DNA of 63,740 nucleotides, the filler included, from Octopus bimaculoides (lineage: Eukaryota), in NCBI RefSeq assembly GCF_001194135.2. It is 6 parts of 6 records of this genome, joined end to end, with 100 filler letters (N's around TTAATTAATTAA, not from the genome) between each part and the next. Parts side by side here need not be neighbours in the genome. Positions count along the whole stretch, not along the records: positions 1 to 10,880 come from NW_026437400.1; 5 more parts are not named here. The stretch is one strand, 5' to 3'. Positions 1-9,182 of this stretch are shown here, piece by piece; positions within the stretch are counted from its first letter, which is position 1, and every line of letters starts with the position of its first letter. Made by a program: the position numbers and the translations under genes. The notes under the pieces are model-generated. The model had not been told where the DNA came from. It made no database searches and saw nothing but the letters and a program-made list of their open reading frames with translations.

Positions 1-640
1 TATGCATGTATGTATGTGCATATATAGGTAGTATGCATATAGGTCGGTACGTACGAATAGAATTATGTATGCATGCATATACTTGTGTGTATGTGGAGTA
101 CGTCTGTGTGTATAAATATGCGCGTTTCTATGTATGTGTGTGTGTTTGTATGTATGTATGTGTGTTTGTATGTATGTTGTGAATGTATATATGTGTATGC
201 GTGTATTCATTCGCACACAGTCTACCCTGTTGCTATTACTATTGCTACGCCAAGGCGGCGAGCTGGCCGAAACGTTAGCACGCCGGGCGAAATGCTTAGC
301 GGTATTTTGTCTGTCTTTACGCGCTGAGTTCAAATTCCGCCAACGGACATACAGACAGATAGATTGATAGATGGAGAGAGAGAGAGGCATACATATAGAT
401 AGATAGATAGATAGATAGATGAAAACTGAGTTTTGGAGAAAGGTATAGAAAGGGTATTTTGATTGGACGGTAAGTTAAATCGTGTACAGAGAACAAATTG
501 ATAGAGAAAGCAGGTAAATAGATTCTAGAAAGATAGGCTGGTCGGTAGATAAGGTAGGTAGGTACGTAGGATGGTGGTATATAGATAAGTAGGTTGGTAG
601 ATAAGTTAAGTAGGTATGTAGGTTGGTGGTAAGCAAGTAT
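1..640. repeat. Mixed microsatellite/low-complexity tract (TATG, TG, GATA, GGTA)
   Basis: Direct tandem runs, e.g. (GATA)n at about 397-420 and GGTA/GTAG runs at about 540-640. Confidence 0.9.
254..341 (+). mobile_element. SINE family B, tRNA-like 5' head fragment
   Basis: GGCGGCGAGCTGGCCGAAACGTTAGC...GAGTTCAAATTCCGCC has A/B-box-like motifs. Related sequence recurs at 3440, 33775, 45076, 46880 and 54570. Confidence 0.75.
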
Positions 641-1057
641 GTAGGTTCGTAGTGAAGGGCCGGGGAGGGCGCTGGATTGTAGATATGAACCGAACATAAC
701 ATACATGCAGAAAATGAGCTGTCATATCAGAAAACTAAGTTTTGACAAGGTTACAAGTCCACGATTTGATGCGTGGAACAATGTGACTTTTGTTTTAAAA
801 ACAATGTCCACTTGAAAGTCTTTGATCTTAACAAGGTAAGCAACACCTGCTGGAATTGACAATTTACAAGATTGGATGAAGCTTTGAAGTGATACAAAAT
901 ATTCGGACACAGTCACAGCGTTTACATACACATGTACAATTTGTTTTCACTGAAAATGTCGACAGAATTAAACTACAAGTCCAAAGCGGTACATACATAC
1001 GTTCATCCATACATAAATTTATATACATATATGTATGTGTGTGCATATATATTATAC

Positions 1058-1090
<33 letters not shown>

Positions 1091-1198
1091 CATGTTTGTA
1101 TGTATATATGTATTTACATATAACTCTTACTAGTTTCAGTTCGAAAGCTGCGATCAGGATGGGGCACCGCTGTTTGCTATCTGTTTGTGTACCTGTGC

Positions 1199-1247
<49 letters not shown>

Positions 1248-1716
1248 CATTTGTCTATCTATCTACCAATCTATATATATATATATNNNNNNNNNNNNNN
1301 NNNNNNNNNNNNNNNNNNNNNNNNNNNNNNNNNNNNNNNNNNNNNNNNNNNNNNNNNNNNNNNNNNNNNNNNNNNNNNNNNNNNNNNNNNNNNNNNNNNN
1401 NNNNNNNNNNNNNNNNNNNNNNNNNNNNNNNNNNNNNNNNNNNNNNNNNNNNNNNNNNNNNNNNNNNNNNNNNNNNNNNNNNNNNNNNNNNNNNNNNNNN
1501 NNNNNNNNNNNNNNNNNNNNNNNNNNNNNNNNNNNNNNNNNNNNNNNNNNNNNNNNNNNNNNNNNNNNNNNNNNNNNNNNNNNNNNNNNNNNNNNNNNNN
1601 NNNNNNNNNNNNNNNNNNNNNNNNNNNNNNNNNNNNNNNNNNNNNNNNNNNNNNNNNNNNNNNNNNNNNNNNNNNTGCACATGCATACACACACACACAT
1701 ATATATATATATGTAA

Positions 1717-1987
1717 TTGCCAACCATGTGTGGCGTGCTATACAGGACAGTGCTACTGGGGTCATCTCTAGACTTACGTGATACACACGAACTCGAGTTT
1801 CTGGGTCGTTACCCAGAAACTTAGCTCCGTGTGCATTACGTAAGGCCAGTGATAGGAGCGATGACCTCTCCTCGCAAATACTAACCGGACACAAAATGTG
1901 TGTCGTTAGCCAGCTGGAAGAGATGTTTCCTGGGGCTATAAATGTCAGTAGCACTGTCCTGTATAGGACGCCACACACCGTTGGCAA
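1717..1987. mobile_element. MITE-like element with 42-bp terminal inverted repeats
   Basis: 1717-1758 and 1946-1987 are reverse complements at 39/42. Both sides are flanked by (TA)n. Confidence 0.75.
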
Positions 1988-1991
1988 AAAC

Positions 1992-2036
<45 letters not shown>

Positions 2037-2198
2037 TATACAAGTATATGTCTTCACGTCTGTTCTCAACGCGTCGCTGCGACCAAATGGAGCAACCTGC
2101 AGATACGAAACTGTTTGCACATGTTCATGCAGATTTTGCTCACGCATTATTACTTTGTGCAAAAAATCAAGGTCGGCTACATTTTAACTACACCTTCT

Positions 2199-2330
2199 TA
2201 TACGACGGCCTTCTTTCAGTTTCCATCAACCAAATCCACTTACGAGGACTTGCTGGGTCCGAGAAGACACTCGCCCGAGGTGACATGCAGTGAGACTAAA
2301 TCTGGAATGAGGTAGCTGGGGAGTGAGCTT
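2199..2330 (-). mobile_element. SINE family A head, degenerate
   Basis: Reverse complement resembles the head of the full-length copy at 54775-55180. Confidence 0.65.
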
Positions 2331-2344
2331 ATATATATGTCTCC

Positions 2345-2840
2345 GCCACCACCACTTGACAACCGGTTTTGGTTTGTTTACGTCCCTGGAAACTGGAGGT
2401 TCGTTAAAAAGAGATTGATAGGATACCTAACAGGCCTTATGAGGGCGATTTGTTCGATAAAAGACCTTGAAGGCAGTTGTCCGAGCATGGCTGCAGTCCA
2501 ATGATTGAAAAAGTGTTACACTGCTATAATCTTTTAGGTGTAGTAACGTTGGGCCACTTCAAGCTCCGCTATTAATTTGGCTGATTGCAGTGGTCAGGTG
2601 CCTGAGAACAGAGGTGATCCACAAAGATTTTTTGGTCCCTTGTACGTTTCTCTTTGTTTGTATTTGTCCCACACCACCACATGACAACCGGTTTTGGTTT
2701 GTTTACATCTCCATAACTTAGAGATTCGGCAAAAAGAAATACGATAGAATAAGTAACCGGCTTTGTTCGACTTAAATCCTTCACGGCAATGTTCCCAGCA
2801 TGGCTGCAGTCCAATGACTGACACAAGTAAAAGATATTCA
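2345..2840 (+). mobile_element. Two partial SINE family A 3' segments (about 2345-2510 and 2670-2840)
   Basis: Both contain TGACAACCGGTTTTGGTTTGTTTAC and CAGCATGGCTGCAGTCCAATGA, matching the 3' half of 54775-55180. Confidence 0.7.
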
Positions 2841-3439
2841 ATTGATGGCAATATAAATCAGTAAGAAATTACAACATAAACACGAACAACTTGGCTAAAT
2901 GTTTATTAAAATGAAATGTTTGCTTCCTTTTTTTTTTATCTTCCTCTTGTTTTTAGTTTATCATTTGTAATGTATGTATCAGTTATTTGCCTCCTAAAAT
3001 TAAAGAAAGAATAGAAAAATATATCGTTGCAAAAGGGTTTAAAAAAATATAAGTTGACAAGAATGACAGTAACAGCAATAAGTTCTGAAGTTTAATACAG
3101 ACATATGTGCAGGTTGTTTAGCATGAAATTGCAGAATTCTCATCTGTCGCCTACGGCAGCTGAGACAATGATATATCCATACACACACATGTTTGTGTGT
3201 GTGTGTGCGTGTATTGTATTTGTATATATATACATATACGTGTGTTGTCTGGGGGGGGGGCGTGCGTGTGCGAGTATCTACGAAAAATATACAAAATCTG
3301 GGGCAACTTTTCTCCTTTTGAAACCCAGTCCACATTAATCGAGTGTCTATAACTGAAACCCCTTGTTGACTGAAACCCCTTGTTGCAATATATCTGAGGG
3401 CTGACAAGCGTGTGCTTCTAATAATCCAACAATGTTTCC

Positions 3440-3670
3440 ATGATTAGGAACGATGTGCTAGCAAAATCGTTAGACCGCCGCACACAATAAGCGGCATTTC
3501 TTGAGGCTTTAGCTTCTACGTTCAACTTCCAGCGGGATCGAATTTGCCTTGTACCCTTTCGAGGTCAATAAGATTGGTTGAACACTGGTTGAGCACTGGT
3601 GTAGATGTAATCGACTAGACACCCCCCCACCCTTAATATTTCAAGCATTTTGCCTATAGTAGAAAGAATT
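3440..3670 (+). mobile_element. SINE family B copy
   Basis: Shares head and body (GTCAATAAGATT...CACTGGTGTAGATGTAATCGACT) with 33775-33985 and 46880-47080. Confidence 0.65.
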
Positions 3671-3820
3671 TTTTTCTTTTCAGCCCACATTTACATTGTA
3701 TGTTACTGTCATTGCAGGATTTTGTCATTTTCAGAATACTTTGTTATCTCTTGATATGTTCATATAGGCAGTATAGCCTGTGAGGGTGTTGCTCTTGTTA
3801 TTAACCGAATCCAAGTATAA

Positions 3821-4030
3821 AAATGTCACAGGTAAAAAAAGTCACAGTAGAAATGTGACGGTAATAAAGTCACAGGAGTTTGTCCTGATCCCTCAAATTA
3901 ATTGTGACTTTTTTACTTGTGACATTTTTCTAGCCAAAATTGTGACTTTTTTACCTGTGACATTTTTCCTAGCCAAAATTGTGACTTTATTACTATGACT
4001 CTTTTCCTGTGACTTTATTACCAGTCACCC
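3821..4030. mobile_element. Fold-back/subterminal-repeat DNA transposon end (GTCACA/TGTGAC motif array)
   Basis: 3821-3845 and 3941-3965 are reverse complements apart from one A-run length difference. There is a tandem duplication of about 39 bp at 3901-3977. Confidence 0.6.
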
Positions 4031-4880
4031 ATTAATCAACGAGAAAATGTCCAAAATATTTGAGCGGGCTACTCCATTCAGAATTAATGATTCTTTTGAA
4101 AATGCACCGTTGCATGTCACAATATTTTACGTATATCACATCTCGTTCGATTGGCTGACTTGCTGCTTCATCACTCAAGAAAAATGCTACGAAGCTATCC
4201 GTGACAGCTTCTACCTCTACCATTACTTAACCTGTGCAGAGTGTCACTTAATGAGATGTTTCATATAACAAGGTTGGGCAGTTACCCTGTGAGGATTAGC
4301 TTCTGCAGACGTTGAGTATTTGCGATTTCAGACAGGAGGGCAATGTGCGGCATCTGCTCTAGCTTCTCTTTAATGGGAGCTTAACATTTGTGAGGGATCC
4401 TTTGATTAGAAAACTCCAAGTGCCGATGCAGTTGACACAGTCAATACTGCACAGAAATCTCACTGTCTACAACTTATTTCCAATGAAGAGAAGCTTTCCT
4501 CAACGTAATTCAGAGCAATCGTGTGTCAACGAAAAGAACGCGTTAATATTTGTCTGGCATATGACAAATAGCAGCGGAAATTCTTCAAACAATATATTCA
4601 CCTTCCATATACGGACAGAATACAACGAAGTTCCACGTAACAATAGTCAGATGGCCTTGTCATGGGTGGAATACCTTCGTTCATTTGACGACTGGGTCGC
4701 CTGGATCTCTACAACAAAGACAGCATTCAACAAGAATGACGTGTCCATGTGGAAAACGCTACAGAGTTGCATTGCATGCAAGGAATAGAAACTAAATAGT
4801 TCTACATGATATCGGTTTCTTTTCTCAAGTACAATATTATGGCGTATTATTTTAGGTTAGAATATTAGAATATGCATATA

Positions 4881-4911
<31 letters not shown>

Positions 4912-5014
4912 CCTTTAACCAAATAAATCGACACTAGTACGTACTTATGTTAAGCCTGATACTAATTCGATTGGTTTTTATTTACCGAAGACTAGGTTGC
5001 TGACACACACACAT

Positions 5015-5064
<50 letters not shown>

Positions 5065-5067
<3 letters not shown>

Positions 5068-5222
5068 CGATGAGTTTCATTCAGTTTTCGTGTACCAAAT
5101 CAACTCACAAGGTCCGAGGTTATAATAGAAGACACTCGCTCAAGGTGGCACGCAGTGGGACTGAACCTGCAATCATATGGCTAGAAAGCAAGCTTCTTAC
5201 CACACTTGCCACGTATGCGCCA
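5065..5222 (-). mobile_element. SINE family A head
   Basis: Reverse complement matches GTGGTAAG..GCTT...GGTTCAGTCCCACTGCGTGCCACCTTG. Confidence 0.75.
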
Positions 5223-5260
5223 ATACACATGCACACACACACTCACACACGTGTGCGCGC

Positions 5261-5342
5261 GCGTACGTGAGCGACCTTTTCTTCATTCCGGAGTTCGCGC
5301 GCGTCGTGTCCTTCGTTCGGGTGTACGCGTGTGGCCTAACCT
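5261..5342 (-). pseudogene. Degenerate copy of the TPE-repeat block of the 811-aa ORF
   Basis: Ungapped alignment of 5261-5340 to 8461-8540 gives 63/80 identity. It translates RLGHTRTPERRTRRARTPE*RKGRSRT, with an in-frame TGA at 5285-5283. Confidence 0.8.
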
Positions 5343-5980
5343 TTCTATTATAGTCACAATAGGTAAAATGTTTTTGGGTGGTGACCTAGTTGATTAAATC
5401 GACTCCGGTGCTCAATTTATACCTCTTCTATCGTTCCCCCACCCCACGAAAGGACGAATTTCAGGATCACGAAAGGACAAACTGCAGGATATATTGAACT
5501 TCTAAAGGCAAATTCACTGCTGCTTTAGCAGAGAAATTCTCTCTCATGTTAATAGATCAAAAAACACCATAACTGCCCAGTTTTGCCCACTACGGGTTTC
5601 CTACACGCAGTGTTACTGGCTCTTTAGCCTTCCTGAATGGGAAATACCAAGGAAAGGTAACTCTGTGAAGATTTAAAACCGTAGCTCTAAATGAAAAGAA
5701 AACAGTCAACAACATTCACTGCATTTTGCTGTCCGCAAAACAAGGTTGAGGCATAAGCGAACTTCAATTTATTTAAAATATGTTTGTCATATATTATAAT
5801 TTCTAAATTCAAACGTATTCTGAGTAAACCGTCGTTTGCTTATGCCTAAGCAATGCTTGTTGTAGTTACTGCTCAATTTATGTATGTATATATGTATGTA
5901 TATTTATGTATAATATGAAACGGTACATATATATGTGTGTGTGTGTGTGTGTGTATGTGTTTGTATGTATATATACATGC

Positions 5981-6069
<89 letters not shown>

Positions 6070-6086
6070 TATATATATATGGATGT

Positions 6087-6196
6087 ATAAGAAATAGTGG
6101 TAAAACAAGGCATCAGTGTTTGCTAGAAATAACAGTCGACAACTGTAGGACGATTTTCAGCAAAGTTTGATGCCTTGTTGTACCACTATTTCTTAT
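6087..6196. repeat. 110-nt inverted repeat (hairpin)
   Basis: AGAAATAGTGGTAAAACAAGGCATCA pairs with TGATGCCTTGTTGTACCACTATTTCT at 25/26, with further inner pairing. Confidence 0.85.
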
Positions 6197-6260
6197 TTAT
6201 AATTCTACCTTCACGGTGCTTTATTTGGGTAGAAAATGATACTATTGTACTACAATGATA

Positions 6261-6305
<45 letters not shown>

Positions 6306-6392
6306 GTGTGTGTGTGTGTATGATACTATTGTATTACAATATTTAAAATATATATATATACATATGTGTGTGTGTGTGTGTGTGCGTATATA

Positions 6393-6437
<45 letters not shown>

Positions 6438-6483
6438 ATACATACATACATATATGTGTTTGTGTGTGTGTGTTTGTGTTTGT

Positions 6484-6700
6484 GTGTCTGTGTTTGTCCG
6501 CCCATCATCGCTTGGCAACCGATGCTGGTGTGTTTACGTCCCCGTAACTTAGCGGTTCGGCAAAGAGAGACCGATAGAATAAGTACTAGGCTTACAAAGA
6601 ATAAGTCCTGGGGGGGGGGGTAGATTCGATTCGACTAAAGGTGGTGCTCCAGCATGGCCGCAGTCAAATGACTGAAACAAGTATAAAAGAGTAAAAAAGA
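6484..6700 (+). mobile_element. SINE family A 3' half
   Basis: Closely matches about 54985-55180 (AACCGATGCTGGTG...GGTGCTCCAGCATGGCCGCAG..AAATGACTGAAACAAGT). Confidence 0.85.
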
Positions 6701-6712
6701 GAGATAACATAT

Positions 6713-9148
6713 TTAACGGTGGCACTTACCTCGTTTTGATCCACAGCATAGCATTTTTTTTAAGGGAGATTTTTTGGGTTTTGCATTGTCTATCAATTCT
6801 TTGGCTTTCCTTTCTTCCTCCTCAATATCAACCTGTAGAGATTTCTCGTCAGTTGGAATTTCTACTATGATTGGCTCTTCTTCTTCATCCTCCATGTAGT
6901 CAGGTGACGTTGAAGTATCTACCAATCGTGTGTCCTTTGTCTCGGTTGTGGCATCTTCTGTTTCTCTTATTATCACGCTGTCTTCTTCGGCATTTGATTG
7001 CGGTTCGTCGGCATTTGATTGGGGATAGCTATATAAATGTCTGTACGGTTCCAATTTTTCGTCACGATCCTTGAAATTGGCCGTGTCCGTACTTTCGCTA
7101 TACACACATGTTTCACAAACAGAATCGTCATCAAATACTTGGTCAATTTTGGCGAAAGGAAGTGGTGGAACATCAACGTTTAAATCAAAATCAAGAGGGA
7201 AAGGTGTACCTTGGGCTATGCTACCTCCAAATAATTCTTTATTCTGCTTCCCTTTATGTTTGCAAGTAGGATCCCAACAGAGTGCTAGGTCAACACAAAC
7301 ATTTCCTACAACAGTCGGTGCGTTTTTCTTGTCTCCTCCTAATGGGGTTTCAAAAGTATAAGTTTTCCTTCCAACCGAATCAGTAATTTTAGCGAAATCT
7401 TGCGCAGCTGACAGATTTGTATCGGCTTGATTTGTACCTCGACAGTGTTCGCAGACGACTGGTTTTTTGCATCCGCATGGCTTGATAACTTCATGATGGT
7501 GGTGGTGGTGGTCATGATGGTGGGGATCATGAAGATCATGATGGTGGTGATGCTCATGATCATCATGATGATGGTGATGATCATGATGGTGATGATCATC
7601 ATGATGGTGATGATCATGATCATGATGGTGATGATCATGATCATGATGGTGGTGGTGCTCAGGTGGTGGAGGCTCTTGCTGAGGATCATGATGATGATGA
7701 TGGACAACGGGGTGATAATGCGGCACATGGTGGCAGTGTACAGGTGGTGGAGGTTTCCCACAGCATTCATCGCACAATGTCGGCATTTCCAATTCACATC
7801 TCATTTTGTTGGTCGGTCTAAAAGAGAATATATTACTGCACCTTTTGCATCGTCTGAATACAGTTTCGGCAAAATGAATCTCTTCATAGAGAAGCGAAGT
7901 GAAGGGGTCGAATTTTGAAGATTGTTCTTTCCTCTCTTTCATTGCTTTGTACTTACATTTTGTTGCACTGCATAATGGCTGTGCTGCCTCTATCTCTTCT
8001 TGATTTGGCCATCTAGTCGGATCAGAATGGCATTTAACTGTGTAAGCACAGTGATGGCAGGGGTGTTCAATAATCTTTTCAGGTTGTGGTGGAGGAGGAG
8101 GACTATAAATGCAATGCACATGGTGTTTAGGGTGGTGGCAGGGATGTTCTTCAAACTTATCAGGTGCAGGAGGAACTTCCGGCTCATCTTCTATTTCCAC
8201 TTCATCAATGCGACGGTGGCATCGAAGGGCCTCTTCACACGCTTGACACAAGAAGTCCGATTCCTCGACCTGCGATTCCACATCTTTAGTAATTTCTTTA
8301 GTAGTAATCGGTACGTGTTCATATATTACTTTTCCACAACAACATTTCCTCTTGACCAACTTCGTTTCTGGTGTATGTGGACGTCTTATCTCTGCGTCTG
8401 GCGTACGCTTGCGCTCTGATCTTCCTTCTGGGGTACGCGCACGGCTCGATCTTGATTCTGGCGTATGAGTGCGGCCTTTTCTTGATTCTGGAGTACGCGC
8501 GCGTCCTGTCCTTCGTTCTGGGGTGCGCCCACGGCCTGATCTAGATTCTGGCGTTTGAGAACGGCTTGACTTTGACTCTGGCGTACGTGAACGGCTCGTC
8601 TTTCCACTGTCTATTACTATATGGCCATGTCTAAGACAATGTTCACAAATGAAGTCGGTTACTACAGCTTTAGCATCAGTCTGTTCCGAAAATGGACACG
8701 TATCTGCTTTAGGTCTTCCGCACTTTTGGCACAAATTGGCCTTCTTCGTGTTCAGCTGTAACTTAGTGGTGGTACCGTGTATGTGGTGACAACAAGGGTC
8801 TATGATAAGCTTCGTCGTTTCTACTTTACGGGGCTTTTCCTTCTCCTCCGCAATGGAAATGTTTATCTCACCTTGAGCTCCTCTGGCACCCTCCGGGCTA
8901 ATCGAGCATCTGGTTGCACCGTCGGGCTCCTCGTAAACTGACAATGTCATATTCTCGGGAGTTCTGACGCAAACCCGTGAATCCTCGTAAACATGTTCTC
9001 CTCTTCCGGATATCTGAATCGGAGAGATGGGAGGGGTATAACCCTTTTTGGTTGGATATTTTAATATAACTTTCTGCTTGTCCTCATCTACAGCAACCTG
9101 AGGTTGGCCCGTATAATGTAGGGCCACTTTTGCGCTGTCCTGGGGCAT
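6713..9148 (-). CDS. Uncharacterised 811-aa Cys/His/Pro-rich protein with TP[E/D] decapeptide repeats and a poly-His/Asp tract; single ORF/exon
   Basis: 2436-bp stop-free frame, visibly more GC-rich than its flanks and free of dinucleotide microsatellites and SINEs. The peptide is complex and non-random. The nearest in-frame upstream stop is 9 codons before the ATG. No family recognised. Confidence 0.9.
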   Translation of the reverse strand: MPQDSAKVALHYTGQPQVAVDEDKQKVILKYPTKKGYTPPISPIQISGRGEHVYEDSRVCVRTPENMTLSVYEEPDGATRCSISPEGARGAQGEINISIAEEKEKPRKVETTKLIIDPCCHHIHGTTTKLQLNTKKANLCQKCGRPKADTCPFSEQTDAKAVVTDFICEHCLRHGHIVIDSGKTSRSRTPESKSSRSQTPESRSGRGRTPERRTGRARTPESRKGRTHTPESRSSRARTPEGRSERKRTPDAEIRRPHTPETKLVKRKCCCGKVIYEHVPITTKEITKDVESQVEESDFLCQACEEALRCHRRIDEVEIEDEPEVPPAPDKFEEHPCHHPKHHVHCIYSPPPPPQPEKIIEHPCHHCAYTVKCHSDPTRWPNQEEIEAAQPLCSATKCKYKAMKERKEQSSKFDPFTSLLYEEIHFAETVFRRCKRCSNIFSFRPTNKMRCELEMPTLCDECCGKPPPPVHCHHVPHYHPVVHHHHHDPQQEPPPPEHHHHHDHDHHHHDHDHHHHDDHHHHDHHHHHDDHEHHHHHDLHDPHHHDHHHHHHEVIKPCGCKKPVVCEHCRGTNQADTNLSAAQDFAKITDSVGRKTYTFETPLGGDKKNAPTVVGNVCVDLALCWDPTCKHKGKQNKELFGGSIAQGTPFPLDFDLNVDVPPLPFAKIDQVFDDDSVCETCVYSESTDTANFKDRDEKLEPYRHLYSYPQSNADEPQSNAEEDSVIIRETEDATTETKDTRLVDTSTSPDYMEDEEEEPIIVEIPTDEKSLQVDIEEEERKAKELIDNAKPKKSPLKKMLCCGSKRGKCHR

Positions 9149-9182
9149 CTTGACAAGATGATATTGACAGATTTATATAAAT
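9149..9182 (-). promoter_or_regulatory. Ambiguous 5' boundary: TATA-like palindrome (ATTTATATAAAT, 9171-9182) or splice acceptor TCATCTTGTCAAG|ATG
   Basis: Both motifs are directly visible and cannot be distinguished without transcript data. Confidence 0.3.

Noticed and set aside
7339-7918. Overlapping Met/Ile-rich ORFs (7427-7918 plus, 7339-7797 minus)
   Set aside because: They are shadows of the CAT/GAT His-Asp tract in the 811-aa frame.
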